A stretch of DNA of 63,409 bases, counting the filler, from Licmophora abbreviata (lineage: Eukaryota): the NCBI GenBank assembly GCA_900291995.1. It is 11 parts of 11 records of this genome, joined end to end, with 100 filler letters (N's around TTAATTAATTAA, not from the genome) between each part and the next. Parts side by side here need not be neighbours in the genome. Positions count along the whole stretch, not along the records: positions 1 to 10,857 come from OLMU01000587.1; positions 10,958 to 15,981 come from OLMU01000588.1; 9 more parts are not named here. One strand, 5' to 3'. Shown piece after piece: positions 1 through 11,374 of the stretch (its first letter is position 1; every line of letters begins with the position of its first letter). The translations under genes were made by a program, and so were the position numbers. The notes under the pieces were generated by a model. It did no database searches. It saw nothing but the letters and a program-made list of their open reading frames with translations, and was not told where the DNA came from.

Positions 1-556
1 CGTCGTCGGAAGTGTCCCCATCACAATTTCCTGAGTTTCTGCGACAAGTCGAGCTCATCATGGCAGCAGCTGTCGTAAACATTGGATACATTGGCTTCTT
101 TTTGATAATACTACTCATGATGCGGAGTCCCAAGTGTTCTGGGGTTCAAATAGCGTTCGTAGTATCTTGAATCTGTTGGACTCGTAAGCGCAAGATCCGT
201 CTGCCACATTCGAACATGGTCGCCGCATCAAATCGCGCCCGAAAACTGGAGGAGCATTGACATCCGGGTTACGTTATGAGGATGATTTGGCTGCGAGCTC
301 TGAGGTTTTTGAGCGGTGTGTGTTCCCGCGCGTGTGGGTTGCTTTGTGTGATGATGACGCAAGTCCGAGTTCATGTACAGGTCACTTGAGAAACAAGCAC
401 ATCGAATATGTGAACAAGCAGAGTAAGATCGATCTTTTATATATCAACTGAACACTGAGAAAGGCCACTCTAACTATACGGGAGAAAATCGAAGCCGGGG
501 AGCAGTGTGGAATTCCTATCAATAGAAACGACGACGACGACGACGACGAGAATAAG

Positions 557-2121
557 ATGGACCCGAGTCAGCAGCAGCAGCAGCAACAGATCGAAGCAGC
601 GAACTTGGCCGAGAAAAGCAAGCGACAGGCGCTCACTGGGCAATGGCGGACCCCTCCCCTTCCGGTGTTTGCCGCACAGCAGATGCAGCCGCCGCCACAA
701 CCGGTCCGGCAGTCGGCAGCAATGCCACCTCCTCCCCCGTTGCCTGAGTCAACCGACGACTACGCCAAAGCCCTGCAGGAAGCGTATCGTCGCGGGGCCG
801 AAGCGGCTGCAGCACTTCAGCAGCAGCAGCAGCAGCAACAACAAGTACTGCCTGCTCCAGTACCATCGGAGTTTGCCCCGCCTGACGACTTCAATACCAG
901 CATGTCAAACGCAGTGTCCTGTCCCAACTTTCATCAATTGCAGCCTCCTCTGCGCCCCGGCGCTGCTGCGCCCCATGCCGCGGCAATGCATACACACGAA
1001 CCGCTCGTCGTCTTGCCGGAGCAAGCTTCCGTGTTGGTGTCCGAACCGCTAATGAGTGGCGAAGTGATGCAACAATCGACGACTCCAGCAGTGCAGCTTG
1101 TTCATCCTGGGACTCTACCGTCCATGCACAGTACGCAGAGCGTTCAACACCATCAACAGCAGCAGCAACAACAACTACAGACGCAAGCTCAGCCGCGGTC
1201 CTTCTCCTTGCCCGATATGGCATCTTATGCAGCTCGAGCACAAGACGAAGAAGAGAAGCGGAAGAAACGCCTTGCACGAAACAGGGCATCGGCGCGACTG
1301 CGTAGACTCCGAAAGAAGAATCTTGTACGTAATCATCCGCGAGTCTACGGTGTGTGCCTAGAATGTTACCATGTCTGTCTAGCTCATACATCTTGATGAA
1401 CCCATTTCTCGTGTTGCCTCAGGTCGACAGCTACGAAGGCGAGGTGGGTGTCTTGGAACAGTCCCTGCAGAAGCTCCGCGCGCACGAATGGGGCGAGGCT
1501 CGGCCAGAAGACGACGCTACAAGTGCGTTGTTGGAAGCGTTGGGTATGGAACGGGGACAACAGGTGCTGGAGGACAGTGCACAACGCTCGGCTCTTCTAA
1601 AAGACCTATGGAAGCAACAACAGGACCAAGTTCAGTACGTACGAGACTGCCAAATGGAACAGCAAGTTCTGCAAGCGCTCGTGAGTGGAGAGAGCGACGA
1701 TGGGGGTTTGTTGCAAGAGTTGGGTGGTGTCTTGCAGCTGTCTCCAGATCAGTATACATCTCTTCAAAGTGCCACACAGGGACTGGACGAAGACGTACAT
1801 GCCATGGAGATGGTCGATACGTGTCTCAAGGCCATGCAGGACCAAGACTGGTTGTTGCAGAACGAGGGTGTTACGCAAATTACTGATCAGTTCAACTCCA
1901 TCTTGAACGCTAACCAAGTTTCGAAATTTTTGTTATGGGCCGATGCGAATGCCGAAGCTATGGAACAGCTCGACTACGTCCATGCTTCAAATGTACCCGT
2001 TGCCAACTCGCCTGTATTTACATTTGGGATGGACGATTACTATCCAGGCTCGGCCAACCCCAACACTGGCTCTTCTGGTTCGCTCACCGCCATGATGCCA
2101 CCATCAGGCGACGACGAGTAG
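557..2121 (+). CDS. bZIP transcription factor, 2 exons (557-1324, 1423-2121)
   Basis: Basic region KRKKRLARNRASARLRRLRKK continues across a phase-0 GTACGT..CAG intron (1325-1422) into a leucine zipper (VDSYEGEVGVLEQSLQKL). N-terminus is poly-Q/Pro rich. Confidence 0.9.
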
Positions 2122-2327
2122 GCGCGTCCTGAGCCATCACCAGCGACGCGCGCCGCATCACTGACACCTTGGGTGACTTTCAAACACAGTAATGAGTGCC
2201 CTACGCGTTCAACTGGCCGGTGCCTCTTATCTTGTACTAATGGGATCTTTTGACACATTCTGACTTGTACTCGTCTATGTTCATTCTATAGTTAGCGCAG
2301 TCTGTCGGCATATGTCTGACAATATTT

Positions 2328-3160
2328 TCAGTCGCGTACGATATCAATGGTGAGCAAGGCACGCCCTTGATACGGTAGGAGGGTTGGAGACTTGTGAATT
2401 GCAGGCGAAACACCCAACTCATTCTCGTGACCTAACAGTACGATTGCTTGCCCTTCTCGCCCTTGTCGAACGTCTGCAAGCTGAGAGTCGACAATGAGCC
2501 TGTTGGCCTCCATGGTCGACAGTTCGTCATCCAGATTGCCATTCAGTTTTTCTCGGTCGACACCACGCTCACCCACGACATAGTCACATCCTGGTCCGAC
2601 CAATGATTGAATCCATCGAACAGGCACATGATCGGCGTGCCATCTTGGACATTTGGTCCCAACCGTACCTCGGGTCGTGACGATGCGGGCTTTGAAGGCG
2701 GTCGTCGCTCCAGGGGCCAGTGAACGAAGGATTCAAAGGATTCCAATAGTGAGAGCTGAAGTAATTCCAATTCAAGGGTACGGTCGGTTCGTCGAGATAT
2801 CTGACTGAGGAAGCGCTCTGCCGCAGCGGGTTCGGTCGTCTTCTCCCACGAGATGCTCTCATCCAAGCCTTTGGAATTGGGCTTCCAAGGAACAGTGGCA
2901 TCCCAGGCACTTCTAGTGATCCTCACCTGGGACCGATCTGACCAGGACGGTGTGAACAAGGCCTCGCAGTTCGGAGAGGGAGCATCTGCTATCGTCTTCG
3001 GCGTTTCGGGACAGCATTCGCAATCGGACGTCGTCGCAGCACGATGATGGGATTGACTACTCGTAAAAGCAATCGTCGTCGTCCGAGAGGTCAACAAAAT
3101 TCCTCGCAGCAGCCATGCAGCTAGCAATGATGTACACTTGAGTCGCAGATATCGCCTCAT
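2328..3160 (-). CDS. DUF1826-family protein with probable plastid presequence; one frameshift near 2727
   Basis: Second frame reads TKCPRWHADHVPVRWIQSLVGPG...AIHKSP...RALLTID, matching DUF1826 motifs. First frame has a hydrophobic N-terminus followed by IAF. Adding one T joins the frames. Confidence 0.7.
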
Positions 3161-3484
3161 TGTCGAAGATGCGATCGAAGGCTCTCAAACTCAATGCGAT
3201 GGATGATGATGATGTCGCGTCGTTCTCTCGGCGTGTTTTATGAGAGTTCTGCATGCATCTGCTTTGATCGCAATTCTCGTACACTTTTCGTCTGAGTTAT
3301 CTAATGAGAGATACGAAAACTCTGGCCTATCGTCATCGTACGTTTACAACCCATCACTCTTCAATATAGTCTACGTTCTCAACAACGCCCTATAGCATCC
3401 GCAACTCTGGACTTCCTGGTGGTACACCAGAGGCTCTCGTGGCTCCCAATGACAGTACTGTTGATCTAGCAATGTGTAGTGCCA

Positions 3485-4453
3485 TCACTTCTCTTTCCCA
3501 TCGTTCGACTCTTTCGAAGTCGCAGTCTCATCTTCGATTGCTGATTCTTGCTCAAGGGAACCATCGCCTCCTTTGCTACCTCCCAAAGTTTCATTGGTCT
3601 CATGCGCATCAGAATTCTCATCTTCTCCTTCGACTGGACGCTCGACCGATGCCTCCGGGGTTGCCTCATCGTTTGCGGCCGCCGTCGTCTCGTCGTCGAA
3701 TCGCTCGTTTCCTCTGGCAGCCTCAGAACTTGTCTCCGTTCCAGCTGCGCCAGAGCTCTCGTCCACCGTCTCAAGCAACGACGGTTCCTCTGCTTTTGCC
3801 TTTGCACCGTCGTCGTCGTTGAAATCATCGTCTCCTCCGATGACTGCGGTGCGATCCTCGCCAGTCTCATCCGCCATGTCTGATGCTCGACTTGCGCCCA
3901 CTGCGTCAAGAGAAACCGATTCCTCTGCTGTTACCTTGACATCGTTTTGGAAAACTTCTACCGCTTTCTGTCCACTCATACTATTAACTTCATTCAGCGG
4001 AGTGATACCCATTTCTTTCAACACATCCGCCAGAACGCCCATCTGTTGAAGAGACGCCGGAGGGCGAGCCGCACGTAGCTCCCCAGGGCGATCGACATAC
4101 TCCATGACAGCCATGGGAGCCTTATCTCCTGCTCGTGGCTTGGAGAGCTTCAAAATACGAGTATAACCTCCCTGACGCTGCTCGTACCGCGGTCCCAGCA
4201 CCTCAAAGAGCTTTGTTAGAGCAGTTTTTTCCCGGACAATAGCGTTGGCTTGCTGTATCGCATGTAGCTTGCGCTCATCTTGCTTCTTCGCGAGCGTAAT
4301 TAGATGGTCAGCAAGATGTCGAAGCTCCTTGGCCTTGGGGACAGTCGTTACGATGCGTTCGTGGGTGATCAAGGACGTGACCATGTTGCGCAGCATCGCC
4401 ATCTTGTGGGACGGAGTTCGACCCAGCTTTCGAAACGCGATTCTTTTTTTCAT
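3485..4453 (-). CDS. rplQ: Organellar (probably mitochondrial) ribosomal protein L17 with long acidic C-terminal tail
   Basis: RKLGRTPSHKMAMLRNMVTSLITHERIVTTVPKAKELR and RQGGYTRILKL..RAGDKAPMAVME are bL17 signatures. Confidence 0.93.
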   Translation of the reverse strand: MKKRIAFRKLGRTPSHKMAMLRNMVTSLITHERIVTTVPKAKELRHLADHLITLAKKQDERKLHAIQQANAIVREKTALTKLFEVLGPRYEQRQGGYTRILKLSKPRAGDKAPMAVMEYVDRPGELRAARPPASLQQMGVLADVLKEMGITPLNEVNSMSGQKAVEVFQNDVKVTAEESVSLDAVGASRASDMADETGEDRTAVIGGDDDFNDDDGAKAKAEEPSLLETVDESSGAAGTETSSEAARGNERFDDETTAAANDEATPEASVERPVEGEDENSDAHETNETLGGSKGGDGSLEQESAIEDETATSKESNDGKEK

Positions 4454-4777
4454 TCTTTTTTTTGTTTTTAACGTTATTCAGGAAGGTGGAGAATTTGCGA
4501 ACGTTCCTTTTATAGAAAGAATGGATGAGGTTGAGATAAGGACAAGCGAAAGTGCGGACTCACTTCACCTGTCAATAATCGCATGGCGCCCGGCGGCGGC
4601 ACAATAGATCAAAGTCGGCGTCGTCAGTCGAGGATATCGCGCTGCGCGCGCGACTTTTCTCGCATCTTGTTTCAAACATAAGTTCGAGCCATGCGAGAGG
4701 CAAAAAGCTGTCGGACATACAGCTTCACGGAAGTAGTTTGCGTGTACACAGCAACAGCTTCTACAATCAACCGTAAT

Positions 4778-7035
4778 TTAATGTTTCGACAAGTCGCTGA
4801 GCAGCTTCAAGATTGTGGCACTGCCAGGTCGTCGCATCGGTTCGCTGTCCAAGCTAGCTAGAACAATCTTGCATAAAGTCGCGAGAGCCTTAGTGTCCCA
4901 AGGCCCAGCAGATGAGTCGAGATCGTTCACCATGACGCGTGACTTTGTGACAACATAGTCGTAGTAAAAGTCTTCTCCTTGTTTCGTCTTGGCGTTCACG
5001 TGATTCTGCAACCGGCCCGTACAAAGCTCGGCAAGAACGATACCCAAAGAGAAAGTGTCACACTCTGGACCATACGCGCGGCTTCCCCGTTCATATCGCG
5101 GGCATCGGTAGCCTCGAGAACCAAAGACGAGCTCTCCACGCTGAAAACGTTCGTGGTCTGTCGCTAACAACCTTGATATGCCACAGTCGATCAATTGCGG
5201 CGTACTGTCGGCGCCGACTAAGATGTTGGCCGACTTGACGTCGCCGTGAAAGCACGACCGGGTGCTGTGCAGAAAGTCGAGCGCACTCGCAACGCCCAGA
5301 ATGATCTTGATACGTGCCAACCACGGCGTTTGTGTCCTTCGACTCGCATCGGCAATGTACTTATCAAGTGGCATCTTCTCCGATACGTCGTATACCATAT
5401 GGTAGGTAGTGTTGTCACGGGAGTAAGCCCACAGTTTGGCAATGTGATCGTGCTGAGAAAATCTTAGAGTCTATTCATATTTTGCAGAATAAAGTTGTGT
5501 GAGATGGCTGAACAAGTTCGTGTAGTGGATTGTACTGAAAGAGTGTGCACACTTCACCTCACCACCAGTTCTCGTAGTACTCGATCGCGAATACCATTGA
5601 GCACACCATCATCGCCAACTGGAACCTTTCGAATTGCAAAGGTCTCTTGCAGATTAGTATCGTGCCCCTCGAACAGATCCCCAAAGGCGCCGTAGCTGAG
5701 TATGCACTGTGCTTGGAAGTGGTTCGTGCAAATGTCGAGAAAGGCTTTCGATATCTCCGGTGGCGCTGACTTGGCGTGTGCATCCCGCAAAAGCTTTCGG
5801 GCTTCGGATTGAATCTCTTCATCGTCCCGCAGTGGCTGTGCTAATGACTGTGGTGATATCAGTGCTGAAGCGAGCTCGTTTCTATTGGTCGCTGGAACTT
5901 TCGGCCGTAGCTTACTGGGCTTGTTTCGGTGCTTCATTAACATTTCGAGAATGTGGAGCCTCGCCGCTGAAATTTCGTTTCCAGATAGATCCAAGGTTAC
6001 CAAGCTCCTGTTGTTGTCCAAATACTCTAAAAATACCCCCGCACCTTCGTCACTTATTCGATTGTCCTTCAATGATAGCGTGGCGAGGACGGTCGTTTGT
6101 TCGGATGCTTCGTCGGGCACAGCCAATCCCTTAGCCAGCGCTGCAGCACCCCCGTCCTCAATCAGGTTTCCTCCAAGGTTGAGTTCTTTCAGTGACGACA
6201 TATGGGTAAGTGCTCTTCCAAACGAAATTGCACCTTGGTTTCCAATTCGATTATCAGAAAGATCCAGCTTCGCGAGCTTGCAAATCTGTTCTTGCCATAG
6301 CGAGGAACAAACTTCAGCTCCAACGTCGGCAATCTCGTTATTGCTCATGTCGAGAAATTCGAGTTTGACGAGAAAAGTCAACTGCCGGCCAATCTCACTA
6401 GCACCCTCATCTGCAATCTGATTCTTACATAGCTTCAATGATTTTAGATTCACCAATGTGTGCAAGGCTTCCGCCAGCTTCCAACTGCCGTCGTTTCCTA
6501 TCCCATTATCACCCAGATCTAGCCCCACGAGGCTCGACGGCAAGCACGCGGATGATCCAAGCGCTTTTGCACCAAAGTGGCCCATTCGACAGTGATTTAA
6601 ATTGAGCGTCTCCAGCCTTGTCGCATTCGGAAGCTTCTCCGCGAGAGACTTGATCCCCCGAGGACCGAGCTTGGTGTTGTCCCGCAAGTTCAACTCTCGC
6701 AAATTCGACCAAAACTGAGATTCGGTCAATCTTCGCGCTCCCGCCACTGAAAGACCGACCTTGACAAGCCTAAGGCGATCTAAATTCGGTAAACTGAGTA
6801 TTGCCGACACCACAGCAGACTCCTCGGCGGCATTGCTGAACGGCAAATTCTGCAGTGAGACCCTCGTGACGACCTGATGGTTCTTATTGTTGGTCAACAG
6901 CGTCGCCAGTTCGACGAAATTTACGTCACCCGAATCTTCCGAGAGATCTACTGCCGTCAAGCATGCGTCGTTCTCGCGCAGGCGTTGAGAAGTATGCTCG
7001 TAGGAGTACGACGAGTTGCCGTCGTCTGCCATCAT
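4778..7035 (-). CDS. RI-like LRR + Pelle/IRAK-like protein kinase, 2 exons (intron 5471-5562)
   Basis: About 10 28-aa LRRs (LDLGDNGIGNDGSWKLAEAL type), then kinase motifs YGAFG, HGDVKSANILV, DCG, GSRGY, DTFSLG. The GTGAGG..TAG intron joins both ORFs in frame. Confidence 0.88.
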
Positions 7036-7361
7036 GGTGATGGGTGTCGTATTGATGTGCGTTATTTCGATTTTGTGGCGCGCCGTTTCGCGATGCGTGA
7101 CATCATCATCATGACATCATCAAAATTCCGAATTCCGATTGGATCACGCGGCGCGCGCCAACACGCGGCTTGCTCTCGGCGCGCAAGCTCGAAAAATAAA
7201 TCACAGTCGCGACCATGACATGCAGCGTGTGTAATTGTGATGCACATGCCGCCGTCGCCCGCCTTTTACTTTGCTACTCTTTGCAGGTTCTCGTCTCTGA
7301 GACTTGATTTGTCGTTACACATTCCTGTCCTGTGCTATCCCATTTGGTAGTTTCTCAGAAG

Positions 7362-8528
7362 ATGCTCCGGAGCATTCTTCGAAACGTGCAGTACGCGCTT
7401 TTGATTTCGTCGCTGATGCTGTTCATCATGGGCGTGCAACGAATGCAGTCCTTTGAATTTCACCATCATGGCATGTCCTTGTCTCCGTGGGCTCCTCCTT
7501 CGCAGGTAGAGGATGACTATGATTCGACTTCGGAAGAAAACGCGGTCGTAGAACCGGCCTTTCGCGTCGGATCGCATCACCAGCTTGTTCTCGGTCGGCA
7601 ATTCAGAGTGGGCCTTTTTCGATTCTGGCTTCCCAGACTCCATCGTCTTGGCGACAATGAAGACCAGGCGAAGATGGGAACGAAAGCGAAACTGCGTCCC
7701 TTGTCTTGGAAAGTGCCCGTAAAGTCGGTTCGAAAGCAAGAAACAGCGTACATAGTTAGCATCGACTCATATCATTGCACCAAGAGTTTGATGAGCTCGG
7801 CGATGGTCCTGTCGCAGTCGATACAGAACCTATACAAAGACGCAGACTCGTACCGACTGTACGCTTACTTCGTTAGCAATCACAACAATGAGACGGCCAC
7901 GATGGATCGATGTGAGCATTTTCTGCAGTCAGCCGGCTACAAACTGCTCTCAGACAGCGACACAAATGGTGACGTTTCGGCCTGTTTGGACGACTCGGAA
8001 CAGCTGCTGCTTTTTCAAGCACATCACATTGACGCTGATTTGATTGTTCCCGTTCCTCTTCCATCCTTGCTCATGGGTACAAGAAATCTAACCCGAAGCA
8101 GTGCTCTTTCTAGTACTACCGAAAGTAGCACTTCGCCTACACTGACGAGTATGAGACTGTTGCGCCCGCAGCGAAGATCCGCGTCGCTCAAGGCGAGTCT
8201 GCTCACATCAGGTTTTCTGGACTCGTGCCATGACGACAACTCTAAGCTTAGCAGAAACAAGAGCAACAAGACTCTGACGATGGAGCTCCCATCGTGGGAA
8301 GACAAGGCTTGCGATGCGTCGGGTGCCTGTGACCTTACCATGGGAGTTTCATTGGTTACGTTTTCGAACTGCTTGCTGCCATGGACATGCTCTGGGACGA
8401 ACTACGATCGACACACAGAGTGTTTGCAACAGCCACCCTTCTGTCGACAGCGACAGGACGAGTGGTTGCGGCTTCGAGACGATGCCCGGATGAATACCCA
8501 CGCAGATAGACCTGAGATGGGGCTGTAA
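7362..8528 (+). CDS. Type II membrane protein, possibly a degenerate GT8-like glycosyltransferase
   Basis: N-terminal TM anchor. AYIVSI..SAMVLSQSI..YRLYA and C-terminal FSNCLLPWTC..C..W resemble algal GT8-like proteins. No clear DxD. Confidence 0.45.
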   Translation: MLRSILRNVQYALLISSLMLFIMGVQRMQSFEFHHHGMSLSPWAPPSQVEDDYDSTSEENAVVEPAFRVGSHHQLVLGRQFRVGLFRFWLPRLHRLGDNEDQAKMGTKAKLRPLSWKVPVKSVRKQETAYIVSIDSYHCTKSLMSSAMVLSQSIQNLYKDADSYRLYAYFVSNHNNETATMDRCEHFLQSAGYKLLSDSDTNGDVSACLDDSEQLLLFQAHHIDADLIVPVPLPSLLMGTRNLTRSSALSSTTESSTSPTLTSMRLLRPQRRSASLKASLLTSGFLDSCHDDNSKLSRNKSNKTLTMELPSWEDKACDASGACDLTMGVSLVTFSNCLLPWTCSGTNYDRHTECLQQPPFCRQRQDEWLRLRDDARMNTHADRPEMGL

Positions 8529-8635
8529 TAGTAGAGCCATAATTCGTGTGTTATAGTACGCAGTATCAAAGTATGACTCAAATCGTGCTTATTAATAATT
8601 TTCGCGACCGTGGTTGGTCCTTCATTCCGTCTTGT

Positions 8636-9979
8636 TCACGGAGGCTCCATGTATGGAAGATCTTCCAAGAAAGAATCCACACGACGAAGCTTGATGGTCG
8701 CCGTGCAACCCTGATCAGAGGACAGATCCAGCCGAGTATCATTGTTCATCAGCACGACCTCGCCCCCGAAATGACACATCATGATGCGGCTTAGGGGGAG
8801 TCCAACGCCTAGGCTTTGTAACGGCGATCGCACCATGGCATACGACTGCTGTTCTTCAAGCCTATCCCATCGCCGATTGGCCGACGACTGAGCAAACCCA
8901 AAGGCGCGTTCCAGAGCGCCCTCCTTGTGGAGTCCCACGCCGTGATCGACAATGTGAAGTGAAACAAAATCTTCATCTTGTGCATACTCTATCGATATAG
9001 AGGGCGGTGTACACTGATCTGGGGTAGCTTCCACGTTGGACGCCATGGCGTTCTTGAGGAGCTCGACCATCACGTGATGGACCCAGGGACGAATTAGTGT
9101 CAGCCTCGCATCGACCGGGATTGCAGAGATCACTTCAGGACTCTTCTGCAAATGAGCATCACAGACGTGTCTGGACTCGGTCATGGCATCCTCCAACACG
9201 TCAGAAAGCAGAGATTCGACCGCAACGCCGCCGTGTTGTTTGCCCTTGTTGAGGGCGACGTAGTGGTCACAGAGCAGTTGGACTCCCATGCGCCCGCGCA
9301 GGAATGTGTCCATCGTAGAATCCAGACTTGGTGTGGTTGCATGGACGTCTCGAAGGTCAATCACAATATCGGCCAGGGTTTCGACGGTCGAAGCATGTCG
9401 TGACCTAATCTGTTCCATAGTCGCCGCCAGCAGGTGCCGATCGGCCGGAGAAAATCGATCCAGCACGTTGGGATTCTCCAGTAGAGAGTTTGCCAGCTTA
9501 AATGTATCAGCATGTAGGACAGAGAGGTTATGGAGCTCCTTTTTCGCTTTGGTGTGAGCTCGTCGCGCTTCGACGTGCTTTTCCAACCATCGTTTGTGAT
9601 TTATGCCCACGGGATGGTTGACCGCTCGAACGACACGGTGTTGTGATTTTTCCAACGGCAGTGCCGTCGTCGATGGTTTTCTTTCGGTGGCTCGTTCTCC
9701 GTGTTCCAGCATATCGATACAGTCCATAAGTTGTCTGCAAATGGTCTCTTGGCGTTTCAGCCGCCGCGATACATCTTGAAGAAGCCGCTGCGCATCGTCG
9801 GCACGAAGGGTGACACTCCCGTTCTGGTCAGGGGCGCCCATTTCTGCCAGTTGTCGAAGTGACCATCTATGAATGACGTCTTCTGTTGCCAGTGTAGCAA
9901 AGAAACGAAATGGGATATGAAAACAGCGCAAACGAGTCATCCCGAGTGCCGAACGTCGCGCGGAGAAACTTCCCATCAT
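8636..9979 (-). CDS. Mitochondrial pyruvate/branched-chain alpha-ketoacid dehydrogenase kinase family
   Basis: FLRGRMGVQLLCDHY, ELLKNAM (N-box), DHGVG (G1), GLGVGLPLSR-like G2 box; Arg-rich N-terminal presequence. Confidence 0.88.
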   Translation of the reverse strand: MMGSFSARRSALGMTRLRCFHIPFRFFATLATEDVIHRWSLRQLAEMGAPDQNGSVTLRADDAQRLLQDVSRRLKRQETICRQLMDCIDMLEHGERATERKPSTTALPLEKSQHRVVRAVNHPVGINHKRWLEKHVEARRAHTKAKKELHNLSVLHADTFKLANSLLENPNVLDRFSPADRHLLAATMEQIRSRHASTVETLADIVIDLRDVHATTPSLDSTMDTFLRGRMGVQLLCDHYVALNKGKQHGGVAVESLLSDVLEDAMTESRHVCDAHLQKSPEVISAIPVDARLTLIRPWVHHVMVELLKNAMASNVEATPDQCTPPSISIEYAQDEDFVSLHIVDHGVGLHKEGALERAFGFAQSSANRRWDRLEEQQSYAMVRSPLQSLGVGLPLSRIMMCHFGGEVVLMNNDTRLDLSSDQGCTATIKLRRVDSFLEDLPYMEPP

Positions 9980-10044
9980 GGTGATGGAGGCGACGAACGA
10001 TCACAAAGTTCAGAAAGTGAGAAAGGTTGGACGGAATTTTGGAA

Positions 10045-10056
10045 TTTTGGCGCGCC
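10045..10056 (+). promoter_or_regulatory. E2F-like site TTTTGGCGCGCC in the divergent promoter between the PDK-like gene and RPA3
   Basis: Matches the TTTSSCGC consensus about 145 bp upstream of a DNA replication gene. Confidence 0.45.
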
Positions 10057-10198
10057 GTCGACTTCTTACTGATTCCTTCGTATTGTTCTACGTACGTAGT
10101 TTAAACGACTAGCTCAGTACTCATCTTCAGTTTGGGGTTTGCTGTGAGCTGTGAACACATTCCAAAAATCGGCGCTGTTTTACCTCCTCTCCCTGACC

Positions 10199-10707
10199 AT
10201 GGAAGAACAACAAGCGGACGGATACTACCCTCGCCTGAATGCCGCTCAAGTGGCATCGGGAAGATTCTCAGGCAAGATCATCAGCTTGGTAGGAAGCGTC
10301 CAATCGTTTGACGGCACTGTCGTCCAATTTCAGTGTGCCGACCGCGGCAGCGTTCGTGTCACCCTAGAGAACGCGCAGGAGCCATTCACGTCTCCGACTG
10401 GAGCTCTTTTGGAGATTATTGGCTTTGCTGATCCCGCTGGGCATGTCTCGGTACGTCTATAGTTTGTCGTTGAGTGCCTGTCCAGCAGAAAACTTTTGGA
10501 CTTTCGTGTCTTTGTCCCGCATCTCGACTCACCAATGCTGAACATACGCACGGCGTCTCCTCCTCGCTTGGACAGCTCTTTGTGACACGCGAAATGACCA
10601 GTGACCTTGACCTCGATGTCTACAACCGCATGATTACCGAAGTCCAACACAATCCGAAATTTTCACAGTACTTTGAACCTTCGACTGCGACGCCCATGAT
10701 GCAGTGA
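10199..10707 (+). CDS. RPA3: Replication protein A 14-kDa subunit, 2 exons (intron 10451-10575)
   Basis: PRLNA..F.GK.ISLVG, LLEIIG and DLDLDVYNRMI fit the RPA3 OB fold. Phase-0 GTACGT..CAG intron. Confidence 0.8.
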
Positions 10708-10857
10708 GCGCGTCGTGGCCTATGTCCTATGTATGTCGTTCCAACTTTTGAATGAGCATCGGATGAAGTGTCAAAGACGTACGACGACGATACAAGGGCT
10801 TTTCTTGAAAATTGTCGGACTTAGTTAGGAGATTTGTTATGATCAAGTGACATTGTC

Positions 10858-10957
10858 NNNNNNNNNNNNNNNNNNNNNNNNNNNNNNNNNNNNNNNNNNN
10901 NTTAATTAATTAANNNNNNNNNNNNNNNNNNNNNNNNNNNNNNNNNNNNNNNNNNNN
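10858..10957. other. Assembly gap linker N44-TTAATTAATTAA-N44 (one of ten; others at 15982, 20902, 23509, 25287, 28978, 31242, 34511, 49312, 62064)
   Basis: Identical 100-bp spacer with a core carrying stop codons in all six frames; an artificial scaffold join. Confidence 0.97.
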
Positions 10958-11374
10958 CGTAATATCAAATCAATCTAGCCACAGAATGCCGAAATCCGCT
11001 CATTATCGAATCAGGGCCTACAGCATGGTCAGAAACCCTCGACGTTGACACCATGGAGAGAGGGTCCTAGCCCTCAACCGCAACCGACTTCGCCTACGGT
11101 ATCTATTCATCGTCCATAGTGCGCATCGTTCATGTCTGCTTTCATAGGTGGTGTCCATACGCCGACCGACAGGAATCGAGCTTCTTCGCATATTTTTTTT
11201 CGCCGAGGCCTGACAGCCACGAAATGGTACTCGATCGAGCCGCCGCACTAAACCCGAGGTCAACATTCAGCCTCTATTCTAACTACAAGCGTATTGATGA
11301 CAGTGGCAAAGGCTTCGTTCAGTGAAGCAGCATAGTTCTTCTCTCCAGTTGACAGTCCCTACTGTTGCGTCGAA

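Noticed and set aside
1..118. Open frame on the minus strand running off the window (MSSIIKKKPMYP...)
   Set aside because: Too short to assign; may be the start of a neighbouring gene.
2721..2745. GAATCCTT duplication at the DUF1826 frameshift as a transposon footprint
   Set aside because: A single missing T explains it and matches the pattern at other sites; not fully excluded.
10902..10913. TTAATTAATTAA recurring ten times
   Set aside because: Always centred in Ns at fixed spacing; an artificial six-frame-stop linker, not a biological repeat or CRISPR.
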